Counted from the stretch's first letter, positions 12,400 through 26,400 are shown. The stretch: 64,000 nt of DNA from Eledone cirrhosa (GCA_964016885.1 CAXHJY010000139.1:32919-96918); one strand, 5' to 3'. Numbers and translations: made by a program. Notes: generated by a model not told the origin, from the letters alone.

Positions 12400-15300
12400 A
12401 GCTTAGGATAGCTTAGCTTAGGATAGCTTAGCTTAGGATAGCTTAGGATTGCTTAGCTTAGGATAGCTTAGGATAGCTTAGCTTAGGATAGCTTAGCTTA
12501 GGATCGCTTAGGATAGCTTAGCTTAGCTTAGCTTAGGATAGCTTAGCTTAGCTTAGCTTAGGATAGCTTAGCTTAGCTTAGCTTAGGATAGCTTAGCTTA
12601 GCTTAGCTTAGGATAGCTTAGGATAGCTTAGCTTAGGATAGCTTAGGATAGCTTAGCTTAGGATAGCTTAGGATAGCTTAGCTTAGGATAGCTTAGCTTA
12701 GGATAGCTTAGGATAGCTTAGCTTAGGATAGCTTAGGATAGCTTAGCTTAGGATAGCTTAGCTTAGGATAGCTTAGCTTAGGATAGCTTAGGATAGCTTA
12801 GCTTAGCTTAGCTTAGGATAGCTTAGCTTAGCTTAGCTTAGGATAGCTTAGCTTAGCTTAGCTTAGGATAGCTTAGCTTAGCTTAGCCTAGGATAGCTTA
12901 GGATAGCTTAGCTTAGGATAGCTTAGGATAGCTTAGCTTAGGTTAGCTTAGGATAGCTTAGCTTAGGATAGATTAGCTTAGGATAGCTTAGCTTAGGATA
13001 GCTTAGGATAGCTTAGCTTAGGATAGCTTAGGATAGCTTAGCTTAGAATAGCTTAGCTTAGGATAGCTTAGGAAAGCTTAGCTTAGCTTAGCTTAGGATA
13101 GCTTAGCTTAGCTTAGCTTAGGATAGCTTAGCTTAGCTTAGCTTAGGATAGCTTAGGATAGCTTAGCTTAGGATAGCTTAGGATAGCTTAGCTTTGGATA
13201 GCTTAGCTTAGGAGAGCTTAGCTTAGGATAGCTTAGGATAGCTTAGCTTAGGATAGCTTAGGGTAGCTTAGCTTAGGATAGCTTAGCTTAGGATAGCTTA
13301 GGATAGCTTAGCTTAGCTTAGCTTAGGATAGCTTAGCTTAGCTTAGCTTAGGATAGCTTAGCTTAGCTTAGCTTAGCTTAGGATAGCTTAGCTTAGCTTA
13401 GCTTAGGATAGCTTAGGATAGCTTAGCTTAGGATAGCTTAGGATAGCTTAGCTTAGGATAGCTTAGGATAGCTTAGCTTAGGATAGCTTAGGATAGCTTA
13501 GCTTAGGATAGCTTAGCTTAGGATAGCTTAGCTTAGCTTAGCTTAGGATAGCTTAGCTTAGGATAGCTTAGGATAGCTTAGCTTAGGATAGCTTAGCTTA
13601 GGATAGCTTAGGATAGCTTAGCTTAGCTTAGCTTAGGATAGCTTAGCTTAGCTTAGCTTAGGATAGCTTAGCTTAGCTTAGGATAGCTTAGCTTAGCTTA
13701 GCTTAGGATAGCTTAGCTTAGCTTAGCTTAGGATAGCTTAGCTTAGCTTAGCTTAGGATAGCTTAGCTTAGCTTAGGATAGCTCAGCTTAGCTTAGCTTA
13801 GGATAGCTTAGCTTAGGTTAGCTTAGGATAGCTTAGGATAGCTTAGGATAGCTTAGCTTAGCTTAGCTTAGGATAGCTTAGCTTAGCTTAGCTTAGGATA
13901 GCTTAGCTTAGCTTAGCTTAGGATAGCTTAGCTTAGCTTAGGATAGCTTAGCTTAGCTTAGCTTAGGATAGCTTAGCTTAGCTTAGGATAGCTTAGCTTA
14001 GCTTAGCTTAGGATAGCTTAGCTTTGCTTAGGATAGCTTAGCTTAGCTTAGCTTAGGATAGCTTAGCTTAGCTTAGCTTAGGATAGCTTAGCTTAGGTTA
14101 GCTTAGGATAGCTTAGGATAGCTTAGGATAGCTTAGCTTAGCTTAGCTTAGGATAGCTTAGCTTAGCTTAGCTTAGGATAGCTTAGCTTAGCTTAGCTTA
14201 GGATAGCTTAGCTTAGCTTAGGATAGCTTAGCTTAGCTTAGCTTAGCTTAGCTTAGGATAGCTTAGCTTAGCTTAGGATAGCTTAGCTTAGCTTAGCTTA
14301 GGATAGCTTAGCTTTGCTTAGGATAGCTTAGCTTAGCTTAGCTTAGGATAGCTTAGCTTAGCTTAGCTTAGGATAGCTTAGCTTAGCTTAGCTTAGGATA
14401 GATTAGCTTAGCTTAGGATAGCTTAGCTTAGCTTAGCTTAGGAAAGCTTAGCTTAGCTTAGGATAGCTTAGCTTAGCTTAGCTTAGGAGAGCTTAGCTTA
14501 GCTTAGGATAGCTTAGCTTAGCTTAGCTTAGGATAGCTTAGCTTAGCTTAGGTAGCTTAGCTTAGCTTAGCTTAGGATAGCTTAGCTTAGCTTAGCTTAG
14601 CTTAGGATAGCTTAGCTTAGCTTAGCTTAGGATAGCTTAGCTTAGCTTAGCTTAGGATAGCTTAGGATAGCTTAGCTTAGGATAGCTTAGGATAGCTTAC
14701 CTTAGGAGAGCTTAGCTTAGGATAGCTTAGCTTAGGATAGCTTAGGATAGCTTAGCTTAGGATAGCTTAGCTTAGGATAGCTTAGCTTAGGATAGCTTAG
14801 GATAGCTTAGCTTAGCTTAGCTTAGGATAGCTTAGCCTAGCTTAGCTTAGGATAGCTTAGCTTAGGTTAGCTTAGCTTAGCTTAGCTTAGGATAGCTTAG
14901 CTTAGGATAGCTTAGGATAGCTTAGCTTAGGATAGCTTAGCTTAGGATAGCTTAGCTTAGCTTTGCTTAGGATAGCTTAGCTTAGCTTAGCTTAGGATAG
15001 CTTAGCTTAGCTTAGCTTAGGATAGCTTAGCTTAGCTTAGCTTAGGATAGCTTAGCTTAGCTTAGCTTAGGATAGCTTAGCTTAGCTTAGCTTAGGATAG
15101 CTTAGCTTAGCTTAGCTTAGGATCGCTTAGCTTAGCTTAGCTTAGGATAGCTTAGCTTAGCTTAGGATAGCTTAGCTTAGCTTAGCTTAGGATAGCTTAG
15201 CTTAGCTTAGGATAGCTTAGGATAGCTTAGCTTAGGAGAGCTTAGCTTAGCTTAGCTTAGGATAGCTTAGCTTAGCTTAGCTTAGGATAGCTTAGCTTAA

Positions 15301-17215
15301 CTTAGCTTAGGATAGCTTAGCTTAGCTTAACTTAGGATAGCTTAGCTTAGCTTAGCTTAGGATAGCTTAGCTTAGCTTAGCTTAGGATAGCTTAGCTTAG
15401 CTTAGCTTAGGATAGCTTAGGATAGCTTAGCTTAGGATAGCTTAGGATAGCTTACCTTAGGAGAGCTTAGCTTAGGATAGCTTAGCTTAGGATAGCTTAG
15501 GATAGCTTAGCTTAGGATAGCTTAGCTTAGGATAGCTTAGCTTAGGATAGCTTAGGATAGCTTAGCTTAGCTTAGCTTAGGATAGCTTAGCTTAGCTTAG
15601 CTTAGGATAGCTTAGCTTAGGTTAGCTTAGCTTAGCTTAGCTTAGGATAGCTTAGCTTAGGATAGCTTAGGATAGCTTAGCTTAGGATAGCTTAGCTTAG
15701 GATAGCTTAGCTTAGCTTTGCTTAGGATAGCTTAGCTTAGCTTAGCTTAGGATAGCTTAGCTTAGCTTAGCTTAGGATAGCTTAGCTTAGCTTAGCTTAG
15801 GATAGCTTAGCTTAGCTTAGCTTAGGATAGCTTAGCTTAGCTTAGCTTAGGATAGCTTAGCTTAGCTTAGCTTAGGATCGCTTAGCTTAGCTTAGCTTAG
15901 GATAGCTTAGCTTAGCTTAGGATAGCTTAGCTTAGCTTAGCTTAGGATAGCTTAGCTTAGCTTAGGATAGCTTAGGATAGCTTAGCTTAGGAGAGCTTAG
16001 CTTAGCTTAGCTTAGGATAGCTTAGCTTAGCTTAGCTTAGGATAGCTTAGCTTAACTTAGCTTAGGATAGCTTAGCTTAGCTTAACTTAGGATAGCTTAG
16101 CTTAGCTTAGCTTAGGATAGCTTAGCTTAGCTTAGCTTAGGGGATAGCTTAGCTTAGCTTAGCTTAGGATAGCTTAGGATAGCTTAGCTTAGGATAGCTT
16201 AGGATAGCTTACCTTAGGAGAGCTTAGCTTAGGATAGCTTAGGATAGCTTAGGATAGCTTAGCTTAGGATAGCTTAGCTTAGGATAGCTTAGGATAGCTT
16301 AGCTTAGCTTAGCTTAGGATAGCTTAGCTTAGCTTAGCTTAGGATAGCTTAGCTTAGCTTAGCTTAGGATAGCTTAGCTTAGCTTAGCTTAGGATAGCTT
16401 AGGATAGCTTAGCTTAGGATAGCTTAGGATAGCTTAGCTTAGGATAGCTTAGGATAGCTTAGCTTAGGATAGCTTAGCTTAGGATAGCTTAGCTTAGGAT
16501 AGCTTAGGATAGCTTAGCTTAGGATAGCTTAGGATAGCTTAGCTTAGGATAGCTTAGCTTAGGATAGCTTAGGATAGCTTAGCTTAACTTAGCTTAGGAT
16601 AGCTTAGCTTAGCTTAGCTTAGGATAGCTTAGCTTAGCTTAGCTTAGGATAGCTTAGCTTAGCTTAGCTTAGGATAGCTTAGGATAGCTTAGCTTAGGAT
16701 AGCTTAGGATAGCTTAGCTTAGGATAGCTTAGGATAGTTTAGCTTAGGATAGCTTAGCTTAGGATAGCTTAGGATAGCTTAGCTTAGCTTAGCTTAGGAT
16801 AGCTTAGGATAGCTTAGCTTAGGATAGCTTAGGATAGCTTAGCTTAGGATAGATTAGGATAGCTTAGCTTAGGATAGCTTAGGATAGCTTAGCTTAGGAT
16901 AGCTTAGCTTAGGATAGCTTAGCTTAGCTTAGCTTAGGATAGCTTAGCTTGGGATAGCTTAGGATAGCTTAGCTTAGGATAGCTTAGCTTAGGATAGCTT
17001 AGGATAGCTTAGCTTAGCTTAGCTTAGGATAGCTTAGCTTAGCTTAGCTTAAGATAGCTTAGCTTAGCTTAGGATAGCTTAGCTTAGCTTAGCTTAGGAT
17101 AGCTTAGCTTAGCTTAGCTTAGGATTGCTTAGCTTAGCTTAGCTTAGGATAGCTTAGCTTAGCTTAGCTTAGGATAGCTTAGCTTAGCTTAGCTTAGGAT
17201 AGCTTAGCTTAGCTT
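12400..17215 (+). repeat. Older, dispersed homologue of the 21.3-26.1 kb and 26.9-31.7 kb blocks (offset about 8,910-8,928 bp)
   Basis: GGATT 12446/21356, GCCTA 12886/21811, GGTA 14551/23476, CCTTA 14700/23625, GGATT 17122/26050. Carries private variants (GGGTA 13261, GCCTA 14835, GG insertion ~16140). Confidence 0.85.
14620..16230 (+). repeat. Two tandem copies of a 755-bp sub-unit (also at ~23.55-25.15 kb and ~29.15-30.75 kb)
   Basis: CCTTA-GGAGA at 14700/15455/16212, 23625/24380/25135 and 29223/29978/30733, each interval carrying GGTTA, GCTTT, GGATC, GGAGA and two ACTTA in the same order. Confidence 0.9.
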
Positions 17216-20200
17216 AGCTTAGAATAGCTTAGCTTAGGATAGCTTAGCTTAGGATAGCTTAGCTTAGGATAGCTTAGCTTAGGATAGCTTAGGATAGCTT
17301 AGCTTAGGATAGCTTAGGATAGCTTAGCTTAGGATAGCTTAGCTTAGCTTAGCTTAGGATAGCTTAGCTTAGCTTAGGATAGCTTAGCTTAGCTTAGCTT
17401 AGGATCGCTTAGCTTAGGATAGCTTAGGAAAGCTTAGCTTAGCTTAGCTTAGGATAGCTTAGCTTAGCTTAGCTTAGGATAGCTTAGCTTAGCTTAGGAT
17501 AGCTTAGCTTAGCTTAGGATAGCTTAGCTTAGCTTAGTTTAGGATAGCTTAGCTTAGCTTAGCTTAGGATAGCTTAGCTTGGCTTAGCTTAGGATAGCTT
17601 AGCTTAGCTTAGCTTAGGATAGCTTAGCTTAGGATAGCTTAGCTTAGCTTAGCTTAGGATAGCTTAGCTTAGCTTAGCTTAGGATAGCTTAGCTTAGGAT
17701 AGCTTAGGATAGCTTAGCTTATCTTAGCTTAGGATAGTTTAGCTTAGCTTAGCTTAGGATAGCTTAGCTTAGCTTAGGATAGCTTAGCTTAGCTTAGCTT
17801 AGGATAGCTTAGCTTAGCTTAGCTTAGCTTAGCTTAGCTTAGCTTAGGATAGCTTAGCTTAGCTTAGGATAGTTTAGCTTAGCTTAGCTTAGGATAGCTT
17901 AGCTTAGCTTAGCTTAGGATAGCTTAGCTTAGCTTAGCTTAGGATAGCTTAGCTTAGCTTAGGATAGCTTAGCTTAGCTTAGCTTAGGATAGCTTAGCTT
18001 AGCTTAGGATAGCTTAGCTTAGCTTAGCTTAGGATAGCTTAGCTTAGCTTAGCTTAGGATAGCTTAGCTTAGGATAGCTTAGCTTAGCTTAGGATAGCTT
18101 AGCTTAGCTTAGCTTAGGATAGCTTAGCTTAGCTTAGCTTAGGATAGCTTAGCTTAGCTTAGCTTAGTATAGCTTAGCTTAGCTTAGCTTAGGATAGCTT
18201 AGCTTAGCTTAGCTTAGGATAGCTTAGCTTAGCTTAGCTTAGGATAGCTTAGCTTAGCTTAGCTTAGGATAGCTTAGCTTAGCTTAGCTTAGGATAGCTT
18301 AGCTTAGCTTGGCTTAGGATAGCTTAGCTTAGCTTGGCTTAGGATAGCTTAGCTTAGCTTAGCTTAGGATAGCTTAGCTTAGCTTAGCTTAGCTTAGCTT
18401 AGCTTAGCTTAGGATAGCTTAGCTTAGCTTAGCTTAGCTTAGGATAGCTTAGCTTAGCTTAGCTTAGCTTAGGATAGCTTAGCTTAGCTTAGCTTAGCTT
18501 AGCTTAGGATAGCTTAGCTTAGCTTAGCTTAGGATAGCTTAGCTTAGTTTAGGATAGCTTAGCTTAGCTTAGCTTAGGATAGCTTAGGATAGCTTAGCTT
18601 AGGATAGCTTAGGATAGCTTAGCTTAGGATAGCTTAGGATAGCTTAGGTTAGGATAGCTTAGCTTAGGATAGATTAGGATAGCTTAGCTTAGGATAGCTT
18701 AGGATAGCTTAGCTTAGGATAGCTTAGGATAGCTTAGCTTAGAATAGCTTAGCTTAGGATAGCTTAGGAAAGCTTAGCTTAGCTTAGCTTAGGATAGCTT
18801 AGCTTAGCTTAGCTTAGGATAGCTTAGCTTAGCTTAGCTTAGGATAGCTTAGGATAGCTTAGCTTAGGATAGCTTAGGATAGCTTAGCTTTGGATAGCTT
18901 AGCTTAGGAGAGCTTAGCTTAGGATAGCTTAGGATAGCTTAGCTTAGGATAGCTTAGGATAGCTTAGCTTAGGATAGCTTAGCTTAGGATAGCTTAGGAT
19001 AGCTTAGCTTAGCTTAGCTTAGGATAGCTTAGCTTAGCTTAGCTTAGCTTAGGATAGCTTAGCTTAGCTTAGCTTAGCTTAGGATAGCTTAGCTTAGCTT
19101 AGCTTAGGATAGCTTAGGATAGCTTAGCTTAGGATAGCTTAGGATAGCTTAGCTTAGGATAGCTTAGGATAGCTTAGCTTAGGATAGCTTAGGATAGCTT
19201 AGCTTAGGATAGCTTAGCTTAGGATAGCTTAGCTTAGCTTAGCTTAGGATAGCTTAGCTTAGGATAGCTTAGGATAGCTTAGCTTAGGATAGCTTAGCTT
19301 AGGATAGCTTAGGATAGCTTAGCTTAGCTTAGCTTAGGATAGCTTAGCTTAGCTTAGCTTAGGATAGCTTAGCTTAGCTTAGGATAGCTTAGCTTAGCTT
19401 AGCTTAGGATAGCTTAGCTTAGCTTAGCTTAGGATAGCTTAGCTTAGCTTAGCTTAGGATAGCTTAGCTTAGCTTAGGATAGCTCAGCTTAGCTTAGCTT
19501 AGGAAAGCTTAGCTTAGCTTAGCTTAGGATAGCTTAGCTTAGGATAGCTTAGCTTAGGATAGCTTAGCTTAGGTTAGCTTAGCTTAGCTTAGCTTAGGAT
19601 AGCTTAGGATAGCTTAGCTTAGGATAGCTTAGCTTAGCTTAGCTTAGGATAGCTTAGCTTAGCTTAGCTTAGGATAGCTTAGCTTAGCTTAGCTTAGGAT
19701 AGCTTAGCTTAGGATAGCTTAGGATAGCTTAGCTTAGCTTAGCTTAGGATAGTTTAGCTTAGCTTAGCTTAGGATAGCTTAGCTTAGCTTAGGATAGCTT
19801 AGCTTAGCTTAGCTTAGGATAGCTTAGCTTAGCTTAGCTTAGGATAGCTAAGCTTAGGTTAGCTTAGGATAGCTTAGGATAGCTTAGCTTAGGATAGCTT
19901 AGGATAGCTTAGCTTAGGATAGCTTAGCTTAGGATAGCTTAGCTTAGGTTAGCTTAGCTTAGCTTAGCTTAGGATAGCTTAGGATAGCTTAGCTTAGGAT
20001 AGCTTAGCTTAGCTTAGCTTAGGATAGCTTAGCTTAGGATAGCTTAGGATAGCTTAGCTTAGGATAGCTTAGCTTAGGATAGCTTAGGATAGCTTAGCTT
20101 AGCTTAGCTTAGGATAGCTTAGCTTAGCTTAGCTTAGGATAGCTTAGCTTAGGTTAGCTTAGCTTAGCTTAGCTTAGGATAGCTTAGCTTAGGATAGCTT

Positions 20201-20499
20201 AGGATAGCTTAGCTTAGGATAGCTTAGCTTAGGATAGCTTAGGATAGCTTAGCTTAGGATAGCTTAGAATAGCTTAGCTTAGGATAGCTTAGCTTAGGAT
20301 AGCTTAGGATAGCTTAGCTTAGCTTAGCTTAGGATAGCTTAGCTTAGCTTAGCTTAGGATAGCTTAGCTTAGCTTAGCTTAGGATAGCTTAGCTTAGCTT
20401 AGCTTAGGATAGCTTAGGATAGCTTAGCTTAGGATAGCTTAGGATAGCTTAGGATAGCTTAGCTTAGCTTAGCTTAGGATAGCTTAGCTTAGCTTAGCT

Positions 20500-23400
20500 T
20501 AGGATAGCTTAGCTTAGCTTAGCTTAGGATAGCTTAGCTTAGCTTAGGATAGCTTAGCTTAGCTTAGCTTAGGATAGCTTAGCTTAGCTTAGCTTAGGAT
20601 AGCTTAGCTTAGCTTAGGATAGCTTAGCTTAGCTTAGGATAGCTTAGCTTAGCTTAGCTTAGGATAGCTTAGCTTAGCTTAGCTTAGGATAGCTTAGCTT
20701 AGCTTAGCTTAGGATAGCTTAGCTTAGCTTAGCTTAGGATAGCTTAGCTTAGCTTAGCTTAGGATAGCTTAGCTTAGCTTAGCTTAGGATAGCTTAGCTT
20801 AGCTTAGCTTAGGATAGATTAGCTTAGCTTAGGATAGCTTAGCTTAGCTTAGCTTAGGAAAGCTTAGCTTAGCTTAGGATAGCTTAGCTTAGCTTAGCTT
20901 AGGAGAGCTTAGCTTAGCTTAGGATAGCTTAGCTTAGCTTAGCTTAGGATAGCTTAGCTTAGCTTAGCTTAGGTAGCTTAGCTTAGCTTAGCTTAGGATA
21001 GCTTAGCTTAGCTTAGCTTAGGATAGCTTAGGATAGCTTAGCTTAGGATAGCTTAGGATAGCTTACCTTAGGAGAGCTTAGCTTAGGATAGCTTAGCTTA
21101 GGATAGCTTAGGATAGCTTAGCTTAGGATAGCTTAGCTTAGGATAGCTTAGCTTAGGATAGCTTAGGATAGCTTAGCTTAGCTTAGCTTAGGATAGCTTA
21201 GCTTAGCTTAGCTTAGGATAGCTTAGCTTAGGTTAGCTTAGCTTAGCTTAGCTTAGGATAGCTTAGGATAGCTTAGCTTAGGATAGCTTAGGATAGCTTA
21301 GCTTAGGATAGCTTAGGATAGCTTAGCTTAGGATAGCTTAGCTTAGGATAGCTTAGGATTGCTTAGCTTAGGATAGCTTAGGATAGCTTAGCTTAGGATA
21401 GCTTAGCTTAGGATCGCTTAGGATAGCTTAGCTTAGCTTAGCTTAGGATAGCTTAGCTTAGCTTAGCTTAGGATAGCTTAGCTTAGCTTAGCTTAGGATA
21501 GCTTAGCTTAGCTTAGCTTAGGATAGCTTAGGATAGCTTAGCTTAGGATAGCTTAGGATAGCTTAGCTTAGGATAGCTTAGGATAGCTTAGCTTAGGATA
21601 GCTTAGCTTAGGATAGCTTAGCTTAGGATAGCTTAGGATAGCTTAGCTTAGGATAGCTTAGGATAGCTTAGCTTAGGATAGCTTAGCTTAGGATAGCTTA
21701 GCTTAGGATAGCTTAGGATAGCTTAGCTTAGCTTAGCTTAGGATAGCTTAGCTTAGCTTAGCTTAGGATAGCTTAGCTTAGCTTAGCTTAGGATAGCTTA
21801 GCTTAGCTTAGCCTAGGATAGCTTAGGATAGCTTAGCTTAGGATAGCTTAGGATAGCTTAGCTTAGGTTAGCTTAGGATAGCTTAGCTTAGGATAGATTA
21901 GCTTAGGATAGCTTAGCTTAGGATAGCTTAGGATAGCTTAGCTTAGGATAGCTTAGGATAGCTTAGCTTAGAATAGCTTAGCTTAGGATAGCTTAGGAAA
22001 GCTTAGCTTAGCTTAGCTTAGGATAGCTTAGCTTAGCTTAGCTTAGGATAGCTTAGCTTAGCTTAGCTTAGGATAGCTTAGGATAGCTTAGCTTAGGATA
22101 GCTTAGGATAGCTTAGCTTTGGATAGCTTAGCTTAGGAGAGCTTAGCTTAGGATAGCTTAGGATAGCTTAGCTTAGGATAGCTTAGGATAGCTTAGCTTA
22201 GGATAGCTTAGCTTAGGATAGCTTAGGATAGCTTAGCTTAGCTTAGCTTAGGATAGCTTAGCTTAGCTTAGCTTAGGATAGCTTAGCTTAGCTTAGCTTA
22301 GCTTAGGATAGCTTAGCTTAGCTTAGCTTAGGATAGCTTAGGATAGCTTAGCTTAGGATAGCTTAGGATAGCTTAGCTTAGGATAGCTTAGGATAGCTTA
22401 GCTTAGGATAGCTTAGGATAGCTTAGCTTAGGATAGCTTAGCTTAGGATAGCTTAGCTTAGCTTAGCTTAGGATAGCTTAGCTTAGGATAGCTTAGGATA
22501 GCTTAGCTTAGGATAGCTTAGCTTAGGATAGCTTAGGATAGCTTAGCTTAGCTTAGCTTAGGATAGCTTAGCTTAGCTTAGCTTAGGATAGCTTAGCTTA
22601 GCTTAGGATAGCTTAGCTTAGCTTAGCTTAGGATAGCTTAGCTTAGCTTAGCTTAGGATAGCTTAGCTTAGCTTAGCTTAGGATAGCTTAGCTTAGCTTA
22701 GGATAGCTCAGCTTAGCTTAGCTTAGGATAGCTTAGCTTAGGTTAGCTTAGGATAGCTTAGGATAGCTTAGGATAGCTTAGCTTAGCTTAGCTTAGGATA
22801 GCTTAGCTTAGCTTAGCTTAGGATAGCTTAGCTTAGCTTAGCTTAGGATAGCTTAGCTTAGCTTAGGATAGCTTAGCTTAGCTTAGCTTAGGATAGCTTA
22901 GCTTAGCTTAGGATAGCTTAGCTTAGCTTAGCTTAGGATAGCTTAGCTTTGCTTAGGATAGCTTAGCTTAGCTTAGCTTAGGATAGCTTAGCTTAGCTTA
23001 GCTTAGGATAGCTTAGCTTAGGTTAGCTTAGGATAGCTTAGGATAGCTTAGGATAGCTTAGCTTAGCTTAGCTTAGGATAGCTTAGCTTAGCTTAGCTTA
23101 GGATAGCTTAGCTTAGCTTAGCTTAGGATAGCTTAGCTTAGCTTAGGATAGCTTAGCTTAGCTTAGCTTAGCTTAGCTTAGGATAGCTTAGCTTAGCTTA
23201 GGATAGCTTAGCTTAGCTTAGCTTAGGATAGCTTAGCTTTGCTTAGGATAGCTTAGCTTAGCTTAGCTTAGGATAGCTTAGCTTAGCTTAGCTTAGGATA
23301 GCTTAGCTTAGCTTAGCTTAGGATAGATTAGCTTAGCTTAGGATAGCTTAGCTTAGCTTAGCTTAGGAAAGCTTAGCTTAGCTTAGGATAGCTTAGCTTA

Positions 23401-26400
23401 GCTTAGCTTAGGAGAGCTTAGCTTAGCTTAGGATAGCTTAGCTTAGCTTAGCTTAGGATAGCTTAGCTTAGCTTAGGTAGCTTAGCTTAGCTTAGCTTAG
23501 GATAGCTTAGCTTAGCTTAGCTTAGCTTAGGATAGCTTAGCTTAGCTTAGCTTAGGATAGCTTAGCTTAGCTTAGCTTAGGATAGCTTAGGATAGCTTAG
23601 CTTAGGATAGCTTAGGATAGCTTACCTTAGGAGAGCTTAGCTTAGGATAGCTTAGCTTAGGATAGCTTAGGATAGCTTAGCTTAGGATAGCTTAGCTTAG
23701 GATAGCTTAGCTTAGGATAGCTTAGGATAGCTTAGCTTAGCTTAGCTTAGGATAGCTTAGCTTAGCTTAGCTTAGGATAGCTTAGCTTAGGTTAGCTTAG
23801 CTTAGCTTAGCTTAGGATAGCTTAGCTTAGGATAGCTTATGATAGCTTAGCTTAGGATAGCTTAGCTTAGGATAGCTTAGCTTAGCTTTGCTTAGGATAG
23901 CTTAGCTTAGCTTAGCTTAGGATAGCTTAGCTTAGCTTAGCTTAGGATAGCTTAGCTTAGCTTAGCTTAGGATAGCTTAGCTTAGCTTAGCTTAGGATAG
24001 CTTAGCTTAGCTTAGCTTAGTATAGCTTAGCTTAGCTTAGCTTAGGATCGCTTAGCTTAGCTTAGCTTAGGATAGCTTAGCTTAGCTTAGGATAGCTTAG
24101 CTTAGCTTAGCTTAGGATAGCTTAGCTTAGCTTAGGATAGCTTAGGATAGCTTAGCTTAGGAGAGCTTAGCTTAGCTTAGCTTAGGATAGCTTAGCTTAG
24201 CTTAGCTTAGGATAGCTTAGCTTAACTTAGCTTAGGATAGCTTAGCTTAGCTTAACTTAGGATAGCTTAGCTTAGCTTAGCTTAGGATAGCTTAGCTTAG
24301 CTTAGCTTAGGATAGCTTAGCTTAGCTTAGCTTAGGATAGCTTAGGATAGCTTAGCTTAGGATAGCTTAGGATAGCTTACCTTAGGAGAGCTTAGCTTAG
24401 GATAGCTTAGCTTAGGATAGCTTAGGATAGCTTAGCTTAGGATAGCTTAGCTTAGGATAGCTTAGCTTAGGATAGCTTAGGATAGTTTAGCTTAGCTTAG
24501 CTTAGGATAGCTTAGCTTAGCTTAGCTTAGGATAGCTTAGCTTAGGTTAGCTTAGCTTAGCTTAGCTTAGGATAGCTTAGCTTAGGATAGCTTAGGATAG
24601 CTTAGCTTAGGATAGCTTAGCTTAGGATAGCTTAGCTTAGCTTTGCTTAGGATAGCTTAGCTTAGCTTAGCTTAGGATAGCTTAGCTTAGCTTAGCTTAG
24701 GATAGCTTAGCTTAGCTTAGCTTAGGATAGCTTAGCTTAGCTTAGCTTAGGATAGCTTAGCTTAGCTTAGCTTAGGATAGCTTAGCTTAGCTTAGCTTAG
24801 GATCGCTTAGCTTAGCTTAGCTTAGGATAGCTTAGCTTAGCTTAGGATAGCTTAGCTTAGCTTAGCTTAGGATAGCTTAGCTTAGCTTAGGATAGCTTAG
24901 GATAGCTTAGCTTAGGAGAGCTTAGCTTAGCTTAGCTTAGGATAGCTTAGCTTAGCTTAGCTTAGGATAGCTTAGCTTAACTTAGCTTAGGATAGCTTAG
25001 CTTAGCTTAACTTAGGATAGCTTAGCTTAGCTTAGCTTAGGATAGCTTAGCTTAGCTTAGCTTAGGATAGCTTAGCTTAGCTTAGCTTAGGATAGCTTAG
25101 GATAGCTTAGCTTAGGATAGCTTAGGATAGCTTACCTTAGGAGAGCTTAGCTTAGGATAGCTTAGCTTAGGATAGCTTAGGATAGCTTAGCTTAGGATAG
25201 CTTAGCTTAGGATAGCTTAGGATAGCTTAGCTTAGCTTAGCTTAGGATAGCTTAGCTTAGCTTAGCTTAGGATAGCTTAGCTTAGCTTAGCTTAGGATAG
25301 CTTAGCTTAGCTTAGCTTAGGATAGCTTAGGATAGCTTAGCTTAGGATAGCTTAGGATAGCTTAGCTTAGGATAGCTTAGGATAGCTTAGCTTAGGATAG
25401 CTTAGCTTAGGATAGCTTAGCTTAGGATAGCTTAGGATAGCTTAGCTTAGGATAGCTTAGGATAGCTTAGCTTAGGATAGCTTAGCTTAGGATAGCTTAG
25501 GATAGCTTAGCTTAACTTAGCTTAGGATAGCTTAGCTTAGCTTAGCTTAGGATAGCTTAGCTTAGCTTAGCTTAGGATAGCTTAGCTTAGCTTAGCTTAG
25601 GATAGCTTAGGATAGCTTAGCTTAGGATAGCTTAGGATAGCTTAGCTTAGGATAGCTTAGGATAGTTTAGCTTAGGATAGCTTAGCTTAGGATAGCTTAG
25701 GATAGCTTAGCTTAGCTTAGCTTAGGATAGCTTAGGATAGCTTAGCTTAGGATAGCTTAGGATAGCTTAGCTTAGGATAGATTAGGATAGCTTAGCTTAG
25801 GATAGCTTAGGATAGCTTAGCTTAGGATAGCTTAGCTTAGGATAGCTTAGCTTAGCTTAGCTTAGGATAGCTTAGCTTGGGATAGCTTAGGATAGCTTAG
25901 CTTAGGATAGCTTAGCTTAGGATAGCTTAGGATAGCTTAGCTTAGCTTAGCTTAGGATAGCTTAGCTTAGCTTAGCTTAGGATAGCTTAGCTTAGCTTAG
26001 GATAGCTTAGCTTAGCTTAGCTTAGGATAGCTTAGCTTAGCTTAGCTTAGGATTGCTTAGCTTAGCTTAGCTTAGGATAGCTTAGCTTAGCTTAGCTTAG
26101 GATAGCTTAGCTTAGCTTAGCTTAGGATAGCTTAGCTTAGCTTAGGATAGCTTAGCTTAGCTTAGCTTAGGATAGCTTAGCTTAGCTTAGCTTAGGATAG
26201 CTTAGCTTAGCTTAGGATAGCTTAGCTTAGCTTAGGATAGCTTAGCTTAGCTTAGCTTAGGATAGCTTAGCTTAGCTTAGCTTAGGATAGCTTAGCTTAG
26301 CTTAGCTTAGGATAGCTTAGCTTAGCTTAGCTTAGGATAGCTTAGCTTAGCTTAGCTTAGGATAGCTTAGCTTAGCTTAGCTTAGGATAGCTTAGCTTAG

